A DNA stretch of 64,000 bases from an uncultured virus (IMG/VR IMGVR_UViG_3300020577_006910) (lineage: Duplodnaviria; Heunggongvirae; Uroviricota; Caudoviricetes). Every line of letters begins with the position of its first letter. Position 1 is the stretch's first letter. Position numbers and translations under genes: made by a program. This document shows, piece after piece, positions 27,824 through 38,163 of the stretch. The DNA is taken from IMG/VR virus record IMGVR_UViG_3300020577_006910; one strand, 5' to 3'. The notes under the pieces are model-generated. The model saw only the letters and a program-made list of their open reading frames with translations, searched no databases and was not told the DNA's origin.

Positions 27824-30800
27824 TTAACTATTAGGAATAAAATCAGTTAAAACAGGTACGGCTCCAACTTGCTCTATTTGATTTATGCGCTTAGCTGTTA
27901 ATAGAACGTCGCCAAAACAGTCGTCTAACCCTATACGAACAAAAGGTTGAACCGGTGGGGTTCTATTATACGCTGCATTTAAAAACAAACAAGCAGTTTC
28001 AAACTGTCCAGCAGAGTAGATAAACGGAGCATAGGTATACATTCTATCTGTCATAGGTTTATCAGAAATAATTAGTTTATTTGGATTAGCTATTCTTAAA
28101 TTATATAATTCGTCACCAATCCAAGAATCCGTGACAATGTCAGGCAGACCCTCTAAAATTACACCATCTGCAGCATTGATGGCAGCTCCTACATTTGCAG
28201 CTGTTTGAACTGATCCGTTAAACGCGGATCTAACGTCACTGCTAACTGATGTGGCTAACGCTTGGGCGCGTGTTTTCTTACCTGTAATAGCGGAGGTTAA
28301 CTCAGCGTTCCAAATTGCGTCTGCTGTACCCGTTTGGACATCTCTGTACGCTCTACCGCAGTGCACGTAAACCTTAATACCTGTCTTAGCTGTCCATGCG
28401 GATATGCCTGTAGATGAATTGGTTGCGGTGGTAGATAATCCGCTAGGTAAGTCTACCCAGAAACCCGGCTTATCCTGAGGGCCTGCCCCGTCTCTATGCA
28501 TCAATCTGTGAGCTTTTTCATACAAGTATGTGGCGATAAATCTATTATAGTCTGCGGCCTCTTCTTTATATCCACCGTAACCCCACAAAGTTAAGCCATT
28601 GTTAGAGGTATACAGATCCGCAATAGTTGGCGCTAAATTATGCAATGCCGCAGCGGCAAAGTACTTAGTGCCTTCCAGTTCAGTGTTTATAACATCCAGA
28701 GGAACGTACAATCTAGATCTAAAAAATTGTCCAGGGCACCATAAGTTATCATTTCCATCGTTAAATGTCGTTCTACCTGCTGGATAATGTGCGTATTCGG
28801 TGAAATTGTCTAATCTGGCGTTGTAGGATGTGTCGTAAGAATATTGATTAGCAGGAAATAAATTTGTCAAAGTAACCGCATCTCTCACCGAACAGAAAGG
28901 TTCAACGGGACGACTGTTACCATACGTTTTTGAGAAGTAATAACTGTAAGATAGCGAATCGCTTAAAAACGCCCTATATTGATTAATTTCTTTTAATGTG
29001 TTAGCAGGTACGCTGATTGCAAACTTATCTTGAGGTAAATATTTAGGATAGACGCTAGGGTGTATAGATTGCGTATAAAAAGCATCAGAAAAAATAGAGT
29101 TATCTAGTACAACTTTACGTTTAGAGAAAGCTGTTCCAGGTGACTGATACTTACCTTGAGTCAGATCGTAATCCCATAGGGTAGTAGGTAAGAATGAATA
29201 TACGCCAACGTACGCTGCGGACGGAAATAACGTAATAGCATAGCTATGTAATTGTTTATAAAACTCAGCATACATGTACGTATGATAAGCTTCGTCTAGT
29301 GTGTCTAGAGGGGCACCAATTAAATTGTCAAAAAAGTTCTTATAATAGTTACGTTGTTTAAGCGTTAATGATTGATAATCACATATATATTTTTCATCGA
29401 TAATTTTTTTACCTGTGTTACTGGCAAAGTTTTTACCGAGTGCCTCTATTTGAATTATTTCATTACCTTTGTAATAAGCAGAAACAAAATTATCGGAATC
29501 TACTACGGATATAGTTGCGCTAGATAAAGCACCGCTACCAGTAACAGCATTGATGCTAGCAGCCGACCATAGCGTAGGATCCCCTATAACAATTATAGAA
29601 ACATAAAATTTAGTATAAAATCCAGTTTTACCATACGTTAGCTCATTACCGTAGTCCATCGTAACGATGACTTTTACGTCTTCAGATGTACATCCAAGAT
29701 CGGCATTAACAGCCTCCTGTACGGCGGTCTGTATAGAAGACACACTAAAGTATTGAGGACGCACATCTATGTTTGAGCATAGTGTACCGCTTCCAACTTC
29801 TATGTTAAATGTGTCAGAGCTTGTTGGTACAACGTTTCCGCTTTTAGATATAGTTATGGTTTTAGATACGACTAAACCCAGACCATCAGTTAAACCTTGC
29901 AGCGACGAAATTAGTTTAGTTTCGTATTCTGGTATACCGTCCTCATTGTAACTATTGGAACCCACATCTAAAACATAACTAGGGGCTTTATATGAGTAGG
30001 TGTTTGTGTTTGAATTTATGGTAGCGATATCTGTAAATACCGCAGAGGAACTTGTAACACCGGTCAAACTTGAGGTGTCTAGGGCTACTGCATTGACAGC
30101 TGTAGCTGAGGTATCGTATAAAGACCAACCATATATTTCAAAGACACCGCCTGAAGTAGTAAAAGATGTAATTATTGCAACATCAATAGATGCTACATTA
30201 TTTAAAGCCAACAAAGCAGCTTTAATGGTAGATCTAGCAACTGTGTCAGATGTTAGATTGTTGTAAGTAATGGGAGCAGTGATAAATCCGTTGACTGATA
30301 AAGTAAACGTACCAGCCACTGAAGTACCTGTAATAGTACAGCGCACCTTACCGTTCGCTGACCAGCCGGATCTATACAGAGAAACTAATGAATTACTATT
30401 TACAGTTAAGTTTAAATCATCATAAGTAAGCACTGACATATAAGGGCTGTTATAGCCGTCTACATAATTAAAATTACGTGAAACATCAGATAGACTAGAT
30501 CTACCGCCTAAACCCTTCAAAATAATACCACTTACCTTACGGCGTTTTAGTTCATAGGCTACTTCGTATACGTCGCTACCAAGACTTGTTCTATTTTCAT
30601 CCGAGGTTACCATGTCTTCTAGGATAGCGTCTAAATAAGCTGAGAAAGAAGTTGCATTGTCTGCTCTTACTATAGAACCTGAACTGTTTTTAAACGCTTT
30701 ATAAGATCTAGGTAAGCGGGCGGATCCAACAGATGAGTTATCTTCATAAGTAATCACACAGCTACTTAGACCACTCAAACCTGTCGTATTACTTAAGTTA

Positions 30801-32383
30801 TTGTTATGATAAGGCGTTACGTTGTTGTAATTAGGTACAGCTGAAGAACTACAGAAAAGGGTTCTTATGTTGCCGTAACCTCGTTCATATACTTTAAGAA
30901 CAGCGCCTGAGCTGCTACAAGATATAACCTCGACAGCGACTCTATTTAGCGGAGACAATTGATTCAAAGCCGTTTCAATGTTACTTGCTAGAGTTGAGCC
31001 TACTGAAGACCATGCAATATCTTTTGTTATGAGAGAGTTATAAGTAAGATTAAAGTTACCGGATAAGCTTGTTCCAGTAATTACAATCTTAGCACGAGCT
31101 CCGGCTGTTATAGGAGAAACGTCTATTTCCAGTAGACGTCCATGTATGCGCGGGTTTGCTGGAGAATCACCTAGCGCACCTATCTCAGCCGAGTAGTCTG
31201 AAAGTAAAGATAGTACTTCACTGCTGGAGTTAGTCACACCTGAAACAGATTTCAGATAAACAGAAAAGCGATACGATTGATTGGGAGCTATGAAATCAAT
31301 TCTATCTCTGTCCTGTAACGGTAGCCAGCCGCATGGAACTACTTCGATACCAAACTGGGATTTATACGAGCCAGAGCCGGGTGTTAGCGGATCTAGCAAA
31401 AACATAGTTTCATATCTACAGGCTTTGTCTAAATTACATGAAAATGCTACTAAATCAGCAGTGGCGTTTTCTGCTGCTGAGCTAAACACGTAAAAAGACG
31501 ACTTTAATCCATTAGTACCTATTTCACCGTAATGACACGGTACACCTGACAAAGCAGGTGAATTGTTATTGTTTTTAAAATCTTCATTATACGTTTGCCA
31601 ACCGTACCATTCAGATATTTTTCTACATTGTAGAGTAGGCCCACAATACCACCAGTGACTTGGAGGGTACGTGGCAGAACTCAGGTTAGTTATTGTTGCA
31701 ATGGCGTCAGATGTGGGTGAATCTATTACCACCTTAAAAGCATCTGATTGAGCGCCCCATTGATTATAAGTACACCCGCCGCCGTATTTTTTAAGTAATT
31801 CTGTAGAAGATGTGTTTTTAAATTCTACATCATACTGAACGTTGCTAGTGGTAGCTGAAGTAGATGTAACTACGATATCTGCTGCTCTAGTTGAATCAAC
31901 GCCAAGAGCTGCTATCAACGTGTTACGAATATCGTTTGCGGTAGAAGTAGGTACTAAGCTACCTACACGTACAAAACCAGGGTCGTCAGTTGTCAATTTT
32001 AGTGTACTGTTACCGCTACGAGAATACGACGCGGCTATATATAAAGAATAAGCGTCTAGCGAATTTGTTGCACTAGTTATCGATACTCTAAATTTAGGGT
32101 TAACATCATTCTGTATACGCCATCCGATAGGAAGCTTAAATCGTGGTACTTTTTTATTAGATCCGCTTATATTTTTTATCGTTACGTTTAAAGTTAAATC
32201 CGTTAGAGCAGTACCCACTGCAGTCGGTGCCACGGTTATCTCGTAGCTACTTGTTGTCATTTTATTACCAACGGTAGCTGTGGTGCTTTCTATGTTTACT
32301 TTATCTGAATCTTTTAAAAAACCACTATAACCGAACATCGCAGTCGGTGTGTAATCAGAGGAATTAAAATAACGATTTGGCAT
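27824..32383 (-). CDS. large (1519 aa) putative tail/receptor-binding protein with internal repeats and glycoside hydrolase-like segments
   Basis: Repeats ITGTSLSGNFNLTYN..IETAL / ITGTSVAGTFTLSVN..IKAAL; YVGVYSFLP, IHPSVYP, GLTLWG. Confidence 0.6.
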   Translation of the reverse strand: MPNRYFNSSDYTPTAMFGYSGFLKDSDKVNIESTTATVGNKMTTSSYEITVAPTAVGTALTDLTLNVTIKNISGSNKKVPRFKLPIGWRIQNDVNPKFRVSITSATNSLDAYSLYIAASYSRSGNSTLKLTTDDPGFVRVGSLVPTSTANDIRNTLIAALGVDSTRAADIVVTSTSATTSNVQYDVEFKNTSSTELLKKYGGGCTYNQWGAQSDAFKVVIDSPTSDAIATITNLSSATYPPSHWWYCGPTLQCRKISEWYGWQTYNEDFKNNNNSPALSGVPCHYGEIGTNGLKSSFYVFSSAAENATADLVAFSCNLDKACRYETMFLLDPLTPGSGSYKSQFGIEVVPCGWLPLQDRDRIDFIAPNQSYRFSVYLKSVSGVTNSSSEVLSLLSDYSAEIGALGDSPANPRIHGRLLEIDVSPITAGARAKIVITGTSLSGNFNLTYNSLITKDIAWSSVGSTLASNIETALNQLSPLNRVAVEVISCSSSGAVLKVYERGYGNIRTLFCSSSAVPNYNNVTPYHNNNLSNTTGLSGLSSCVITYEDNSSVGSARLPRSYKAFKNSSGSIVRADNATSFSAYLDAILEDMVTSDENRTSLGSDVYEVAYELKRRKVSGIILKGLGGRSSLSDVSRNFNYVDGYNSPYMSVLTYDDLNLTVNSNSLVSLYRSGWSANGKVRCTITGTSVAGTFTLSVNGFITAPITYNNLTSDTVARSTIKAALLALNNVASIDVAIITSFTTSGGVFEIYGWSLYDTSATAVNAVALDTSSLTGVTSSSAVFTDIATINSNTNTYSYKAPSYVLDVGSNSYNEDGIPEYETKLISSLQGLTDGLGLVVSKTITISKSGNVVPTSSDTFNIEVGSGTLCSNIDVRPQYFSVSSIQTAVQEAVNADLGCTSEDVKVIVTMDYGNELTYGKTGFYTKFYVSIIVIGDPTLWSAASINAVTGSGALSSATISVVDSDNFVSAYYKGNEIIQIEALGKNFASNTGKKIIDEKYICDYQSLTLKQRNYYKNFFDNLIGAPLDTLDEAYHTYMYAEFYKQLHSYAITLFPSAAYVGVYSFLPTTLWDYDLTQGKYQSPGTAFSKRKVVLDNSIFSDAFYTQSIHPSVYPKYLPQDKFAISVPANTLKEINQYRAFLSDSLSYSYYFSKTYGNSRPVEPFCSVRDAVTLTNLFPANQYSYDTSYNARLDNFTEYAHYPAGRTTFNDGNDNLWCPGQFFRSRLYVPLDVINTELEGTKYFAAAALHNLAPTIADLYTSNNGLTLWGYGGYKEEAADYNRFIATYLYEKAHRLMHRDGAGPQDKPGFWVDLPSGLSTTATNSSTGISAWTAKTGIKVYVHCGRAYRDVQTGTADAIWNAELTSAITGKKTRAQALATSVSSDVRSAFNGSVQTAANVGAAINAADGVILEGLPDIVTDSWIGDELYNLRIANPNKLIISDKPMTDRMYTYAPFIYSAGQFETACLFLNAAYNRTPPVQPFVRIGLDDCFGDVLLTAKRINQIEQVGAVPVLTDFIPNS

Positions 32384-32390
32384 AATTACC

Positions 32391-33347
32391 TTAGCTTATT
32401 TTTTGTATTGTCTGATTACCTGCACCGTCATCTGTGATATTTTGCACTTTTAACAGTACATCATTATCGTTATATATAGTTAAAGTACCTGGGCTGTTAC
32501 CGGATTTGGTGACTTTACCTAAGAAACGTTGAGCAAGGTACCATAAGCGGTCTCTAAAATTAAGATCAGCCAAAGTAGAAGATGTTGCGGGACTTGCCGC
32601 AGAAATAGCGTCTAAGCCATCTGCGGTAAGTTTAGCATTAACAACGTTGTCTACAGGTCTGACCATCACAGATTTAATTACACTGTTAGATGTGGTAGAA
32701 GAAAACTTAAATAAAAGGGTATCCGCGTCTGTATCGGCTTGCGGAATAGGGCTAGCTGTGCTGTAATAGCCGTTACCTATCTCACTCCATGTATACGCCC
32801 TTACGTCAAAAGAAGATCCGTCTATTGACACATATGAGGTTATATTGGACGATTCACCGGTAACAGGTAGACCCGTTACTGAATTATGTATAAAAATAAT
32901 TAATCGTTGTCCGGCTGTGTTTTTATACAATTCATTATTTATAACAGATAAATCAGGTACAGCATAAGCCGTGGGCTCTAACTCAAACTTTAATTCAACG
33001 GGGGCAGCATTCGTACCCCCCTTGAGAAGAAACATTACTTCGGACGCCCCTGAAACAAAGGCGTTGTTTGGCAGATGTAATTCATATACACCTGGCATAT
33101 TCGCGCTGTCTACCTCTTTGAAAGCAGCTGCTGTGGCGCTACCATTGTAAGTACCAAAAGTACTTATGGTATTAATTGTCCCTACAGACACAGACGCAGT
33201 TCCCGAAGAACGTTTGTAATAGAGGGTTCCGCAGGTTGAATTGGTTAAACCGGTTAAACCAGCGCCGGTAGTTACCGTGCTGTTGTATATCTTTATCTGA
33301 ACTATAACCGACGTGACCCCGGCTATAACTTTTTGTACATATCGCAT
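32391..33347 (-). CDS. putative virion structural protein
   Basis: GAGLTGLT, EVDSANMPGVYELHLP, EIGNGYY; first gene of the structural operon. Confidence 0.6.
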   Translation of the reverse strand: MRYVQKVIAGVTSVIVQIKIYNSTVTTGAGLTGLTNSTCGTLYYKRSSGTASVSVGTINTISTFGTYNGSATAAAFKEVDSANMPGVYELHLPNNAFVSGASEVMFLLKGGTNAAPVELKFELEPTAYAVPDLSVINNELYKNTAGQRLIIFIHNSVTGLPVTGESSNITSYVSIDGSSFDVRAYTWSEIGNGYYSTASPIPQADTDADTLLFKFSSTTSNSVIKSVMVRPVDNVVNAKLTADGLDAISAASPATSSTLADLNFRDRLWYLAQRFLGKVTKSGNSPGTLTIYNDNDVLLKVQNITDDGAGNQTIQKIS

Positions 33348-33382
33348 AATAGTGCTACCAAATACAAATAATTAAAAATAAT

Positions 33383-33401
33383 TACCTGGTTAGCCAGGTA
33401 G
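33383..33401 (-). terminator. putative intrinsic terminator
   Basis: TACCTGG/CCAGGTA stem followed by ATTATTTTT on the minus strand. Confidence 0.55.
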
Positions 33402-33430
33402 CTATTTAACATTATATATGAATTAGCCGT

Positions 33431-33772
33431 CTACGGATTAGGTATCTTGTATATTTTACACCAGGTGTCAATGACATCTTTGTCTTTTAACAGCTGTATA
33501 GCGGTATCGTAAAAGTTATCGTTTAATTTAGTAAATACGAGTTTTGGTGGCTTATTCTTGAATTGTTTAATCAATAGAAACTTATTTACGACGCCACATA
33601 CATTAGCTAAATAATGATCAAAAGTCACTTTTACCTGATTTTTAGAACATACAGCTAAATATATAGAATCGTTGTATGCGTAAATAGCCACTACCTTTAA
33701 GTCGCTTGTAGACTCACAGCGACAACCAGGAAGTAGGTGCTTACATACATATTCTACGGATGTGTAAAACAT
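33431..33772 (-). CDS. hypothetical protein
   Basis: ORF in operon. Confidence 0.6.
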   Translation of the reverse strand: MFYTSVEYVCKHLLPGCRCESTSDLKVVAIYAYNDSIYLAVCSKNQVKVTFDHYLANVCGVVNKFLLIKQFKNKPPKLVFTKLNDNFYDTAIQLLKDKDVIDTWCKIYKIPNP

Positions 33773-33778
33773 TTAATT

Positions 33779-34021
33779 TTACTGCGAATCCTGTTGTTGC
33801 TGCTTACGACTAACAGCTGACCTGGATTCCATTAAAGAAAGCTGTTTTTTAGAAGGTGTGTTAGAGCGAGGGGCTCCCCACATCCTTTCACGTCTAATTT
33901 TTCTATCCGCATCTAATGCGGCGTATCTACGCTTACCCCTAGCAGTTGAAGGCTTAGGGTTGTGTTCAGGTACTGTAAAAACAGTTACAGGACAACCGCT
34001 ACCGACACCTATGTGATTCAT
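33779..34021 (-). CDS. small basic hypothetical protein
   Basis: ORF, TAATG coupling. Confidence 0.6.
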   Translation of the reverse strand: MNHIGVGSGCPVTVFTVPEHNPKPSTARGKRRYAALDADRKIRRERMWGAPRSNTPSKKQLSLMESRSAVSRKQQQQDSQ

Positions 34022-34269
34022 TACTTTACCTTTTCTGCGGGACTACCGGCCTTACGTCCGGGTTTGCCTTTAGTGGTTACCATTTCAAGGTTCGCTTCTA
34101 GCGCGCGAGCGCGAAGCACAGAGGCAGAATAACCTTTATTCTTAGCCCACTCAGTTCCAGCGAGAGCCTCAAATAGCTCCGAATAACCGTTATACTTATT
34201 TGCTTTTTCTAGTGCATTAAGCTCAGTAGCCAATTCAACCAAATCAACGTTAATTTTAGTTCTAGCCAT
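34021..34269 (-). CDS. small hypothetical protein (possible DNA-binding, KPGRK tail)
   Basis: ORF with AAGGA SD. Confidence 0.65.
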   Translation of the reverse strand: MARTKINVDLVELATELNALEKANKYNGYSELFEALAGTEWAKNKGYSASVLRARALEANLEMVTTKGKPGRKAGSPAEKVK

Positions 34270-35170
34270 TGTTATTTTCCTTAAAAACTAAAAAACCCAA
34301 TTTTTTACACTTTTCAATAAATTCAAGCTGTTCACGCTTGTTGTCTAAAATATCGAAAATATCTTTTTCATTAATACTTTTACCATTAGCTAGCGAAAGT
34401 AGTTTGATTTCTATAGCAGATAAAACTATTGATGAGTTAACGTACTCGTCAAACGCCTCAATTACAGTAGGTACAAACGGTTTAATTAAATCATATATAG
34501 CTTGCGCATACACACGAATTTCGTGCTGTGCGTGAGGCGATAATCTTAATTTTAAGAAATGTAGTAAATTATGTAAATCCATTTTCCAGTATTTTTCTGT
34601 GTAAATATTAACAGGCAATACTGTCCTAGCTAATTCTCTGGCTAGATTTTTTTCTAGGTATTTAGTATACATAGAATAAGAGTTTTCACAGAAAGCCTTA
34701 AGTTCACTAGAGAAGGATAGAGCCGTATGAAGCTCTACGGGCGTATCGCCGCCTTGTTTATTAGTCAAGCTTTGCTGTCGCACGTCATCGCCTTTTGGTA
34801 TATAAAACTCATCTTTTAATACCGAATAACGTGCACTTTGCTCATTCATTGAGCAAGTACGGTGACGAACCATTTGACGTTCTACAAATATAGGTAAGCG
34901 TATATGGAACTTGAATTCAACCATCTCAAATGGAGAGGTATGTTTATTTCTAAGTAAATAGCGTATCAAAGTAGCATCTTCGCTTAATTTTTTAGTGCCG
35001 TCACCGTAACTAACCCTTGCAGCCTGACATATTGCATATTCAGGTAAGCGTCCTGGCGGACATATGCGAGGCATGAGATCGACCAAACGAACAAAGCCAT
35101 GGTCTAGAACATTTACAACAGGTTCTTTATCTTTGTAGACTTCTGTAATAATGTCTAAATTATTCTGCAT
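34262..35170 (-). CDS. thyX: FAD-dependent thymidylate synthase
   Basis: VLDHGFVRLVD, AARVSY, HTSPFEMV, RQMVRHR, NEQSARY, RELAR, NLLHFLKLR, HAQHEIR. Confidence 0.96.
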   Translation of the reverse strand: MQNNLDIITEVYKDKEPVVNVLDHGFVRLVDLMPRICPPGRLPEYAICQAARVSYGDGTKKLSEDATLIRYLLRNKHTSPFEMVEFKFHIRLPIFVERQMVRHRTCSMNEQSARYSVLKDEFYIPKGDDVRQQSLTNKQGGDTPVELHTALSFSSELKAFCENSYSMYTKYLEKNLARELARTVLPVNIYTEKYWKMDLHNLLHFLKLRLSPHAQHEIRVYAQAIYDLIKPFVPTVIEAFDEYVNSSIVLSAIEIKLLSLANGKSINEKDIFDILDNKREQLEFIEKCKKLGFLVFKENNNG

Positions 35171-35999
35171 TCTTTACCTCTGTATAAAGCTCAACTAGTT
35201 TACGTAAGACGTTTAATTTAGAGACATCTACTTTTGATTGTTTAACTAAATTAAACGTAAATGTCAACATTCTATTAGAAGGTGAATCCGAATACATCCA
35301 TATATTACGTAACTCTATACCATAAGAACTAAACGGTAGAGTAGACAGCTCTACATATTTGACGCAATAACTCATAGCCAACTTATCTATATCAGATACC
35401 ACTCCATTGACTAATACGGGATCGATTACATTTTTTTCAATCATTTCATGCATACGTGTATCTAACGGAGTAAATTTAAGCCGAACTTTATCATACAAAT
35501 TGGTTAAAAGATGCGGTTTACCAATATGTCGTTGCGGGGCAGCTAAATAAGTAAAAGATACAATTAGATTATCTGAGAACATCGGACTTATACTGTTAAG
35601 CCACAGTAAATCTAAAATGTTTGGATAGCCGCAATAATCTAAAACTAACTTATCCAGTTTACGGCCCTTTAATTTATTAAGTAAACTTACGACATCTAAC
35701 TCGTTTAGAGCGCCAGAGTGTACGTAATGTTTTAAACCAGTTTCTGTTAAAGATTTACGCACTTCTGATACTACTGCTGATTCTGATTCAGCTGTAATTA
35801 CAAACGTATCTTTAGTATATACGCCAGATTGAATCCCTAGACGTATGTCTTCTGCGTGCCTACCCACTAAAGACAGTACGCAGTTTACAGGTTTATCTGC
35901 TGAAACGAGTAACTTTCGTGCAATTTGTTTATTAGGACGTAGAGCAGTATTTTTCCAATCAATTTTAGAGCTTATTTCAAAACCAGACATTATGTTCAC
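35160..35999 (-). CDS. hypothetical protein, possible SAM-dependent methyltransferase fold
   Basis: VLSLVG..., VITAE, DKLVLDYCG, VSFTY follow Rossmann MTase strand order. Confidence 0.45.
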   Translation of the reverse strand: MNIMSGFEISSKIDWKNTALRPNKQIARKLLVSADKPVNCVLSLVGRHAEDIRLGIQSGVYTKDTFVITAESESAVVSEVRKSLTETGLKHYVHSGALNELDVVSLLNKLKGRKLDKLVLDYCGYPNILDLLWLNSISPMFSDNLIVSFTYLAAPQRHIGKPHLLTNLYDKVRLKFTPLDTRMHEMIEKNVIDPVLVNGVVSDIDKLAMSYCVKYVELSTLPFSSYGIELRNIWMYSDSPSNRMLTFTFNLVKQSKVDVSKLNVLRKLVELYTEVKNAE

Positions 36000-36041
36000 T
36001 CAGTTAAGTAGTTTACAACACTTAGTTGCTAGTGGACGTAG

Positions 36042-36770
36042 TTAGCGTAAAATATCCCATTTAATAGATGGGGTTAAACAAAACTCTAAAGGTTCTGTAG
36101 ATCTTATTTGATTTTCAGCTCCTAGTAATGCGCCATTTGCAAACACTAAAGGCAACGAATGTACACGTTCGATAGTTTCAATTCTACCGCCTTGTTCATG
36201 TACGTGGCCAAATAATACTAATTGAAGTTTCTCGTTCCAAGCGCCTCTAGATAATGCTTTACCATTTAAAGCTCTAGCTAATGCGTGACTACCTACTGAT
36301 ACATTAGGATTCATTTTATCTAACACACCAGCAGGTGGTCCGTGTGACACAATTACATGAACATCTGGTATTTCTTTAAATTCCTCATATAATTCGTCTT
36401 CAGAAGATTTTGTAAAAGCGTTAAATCTTTTACTAGCTATTAATGTATTAGGCGTAAAAAATATATCTACGCCATTTATATTTATACTTTTATTAACGTG
36501 AAATTGGCATTTACCAAAACTTTTAAGCGAACCTATATAAATATCGTGATTACCGAAGGTAGCGTGAATCTCTTTAACTGGTGTATCCTCTAGCCATTTA
36601 GCGAAAGGACCTTCCATAAAATCAAAAGCTTGTTTTTTATCTGCGCCATCTGTAATATCTCCACCAATTAAAATCACGTCATACGGTAAACTAATTTTAG
36701 GTAGCGCTTTGGCAACACCGTGTATATCTGAGAAATAGGCTATATTAATTTCGTCTTTTTTATCAGACAC
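36042..36770 (-). CDS. calcineurin-like metallophosphoesterase
   Basis: SDIHG, GGDI, GNHD, SHGPP, FGHVHE. Confidence 0.92.
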   Translation of the reverse strand: MSDKKDEINIAYFSDIHGVAKALPKISLPYDVILIGGDITDGADKKQAFDFMEGPFAKWLEDTPVKEIHATFGNHDIYIGSLKSFGKCQFHVNKSININGVDIFFTPNTLIASKRFNAFTKSSEDELYEEFKEIPDVHVIVSHGPPAGVLDKMNPNVSVGSHALARALNGKALSRGAWNEKLQLVLFGHVHEQGGRIETIERVHSLPLVFANGALLGAENQIRSTEPLEFCLTPSIKWDILR

Positions 36771-36800
36771 GTAAGCAACCTTTTGTTAGGAGTCCTTCCA

Positions 36801-37430
36801 GTGAATGAGTTTGACAATAATAACGTAGAGTGTAAGCTCTTTAATTTACATAATTTAATTTTATGGACTGACAAGGGTAACAGAAATACAGCTAAAAAGC
36901 TTATCAATGTGTACCCAGGTATTGTCTTAAACAATAAAGATTTCTACGATATATTAACAATAAATAAAAAAGGTGAATCTGAAATACGCGTACTGTCGGT
37001 AGAAGACATTCATTCTGCGCGAACTATGACTAGTGGCGTATACATACAATTTGTAGATAACGCTGGACAAATTTTTTACGTAGGTAAACAAGACGAAGAG
37101 GCTTACAACTCGCCCGAGATTTTAGTTCCGTTTAACTCTATTGAAAGCGCTAACGATCACTGGAAGTATCTTTTAGGAAATCACAAAATATGGTTAAGAT
37201 ATAATCCAGTATTTATAGATTCTTATGAAGCGATTAGACGCTATGTTATGACTAAAAAGATAGCTTCGTTAATTATGTTAAACAATGCTATCGATTCAAT
37301 TCTTAAAAAGCAATTAGATGTGCCGGTATTATCTGGATCAACACATTTCAATGAATTGCTTGCATTAGCGGGATCGCTTGAAATAACAATTACTACTATA
37401 AAGACCACTACTCAGCGAGCTTTTCTTTAA
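36801..37430 (+). CDS. hypothetical protein (only plus-strand gene in the window)
   Basis: AGGAG SD then GTG at 36801; fills a gap with no long minus-strand ORF. Confidence 0.75.
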   Translation: MNEFDNNNVECKLFNLHNLILWTDKGNRNTAKKLINVYPGIVLNNKDFYDILTINKKGESEIRVLSVEDIHSARTMTSGVYIQFVDNAGQIFYVGKQDEEAYNSPEILVPFNSIESANDHWKYLLGNHKIWLRYNPVFIDSYEAIRRYVMTKKIASLIMLNNAIDSILKKQLDVPVLSGSTHFNELLALAGSLEITITTIKTTTQRAFL

Positions 37431-38163
37431 TAAGCTCAAACACAGGGCCACCTGAAGCCCGCAAAGCCTCCAATCGAACATGGAGTTCGCTAACCAATTC
37501 TTTATACTTACGTTTATCTTCTTTCGATAGATTATCCCATTTATCCTTAAAAACTATAAATAGATCGGGCAACGATTCTAATAGAGCGTCTAAATTCTTA
37601 ATATTCTTCTGAATTGATCTTACCAATCCATGTAAAGAGCCTAGTTCATCTGTAGGCTCTTCTTTACTTATTTCGTTTTGCTGTCGTTGTTTAGCCTCGG
37701 CTGCGGTTTCGCCTACATCTTGTACTTGTTTTACCGCATCAGCGAACCGAGTCGGTTCAACGACACCCTCGATTACCTTATCTACGGTATCCACCACTAC
37801 CGTTGGATCTGACGCTAGGGTTTTCTGGATTTGCGACCAGCTTATGCCCGCAGCGATCATCTTGTCGCGCTCAGCTGCACTGTAGTTTTGATTAAATTTT
37901 AGCGCTCTGTATAAAGTACTTTTGTCTATCTCTACTGGCTTATCTTTTTTAGCTGCTAATTGTTTACTAAAGTTTTCTACACTATTTGTACCGTACTTCC
38001 TATCTAACTTAGACAACAGCTCGCCTATAGACCAATAAAAAACTATAGTACTATTAACAAAAGCTGAAAATAGTTCATTAGCTCGTTCTATAGCTAGATC
38101 TATATCAGTTTGCTCATTAGAGTTAGAGTCATTGTTGCCAGGCGTTGCCAGTATATCAGACAT
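37408..38163 (-). CDS. DUF1016/YhcG N-terminal-like (ParB-HTH-like) protein
   Basis: YWSIGELL..KYGTNSVENFSKQL..STLYRALKF..ISWSQ. Confidence 0.7.
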   Translation of the reverse strand: MSDILATPGNNDSNSNEQTDIDLAIERANELFSAFVNSTIVFYWSIGELLSKLDRKYGTNSVENFSKQLAAKKDKPVEIDKSTLYRALKFNQNYSAAERDKMIAAGISWSQIQKTLASDPTVVVDTVDKVIEGVVEPTRFADAVKQVQDVGETAAEAKQRQQNEISKEEPTDELGSLHGLVRSIQKNIKNLDALLESLPDLFIVFKDKWDNLSKEDKRKYKELVSELHVRLEALRASGGPVFELIKEKLAE

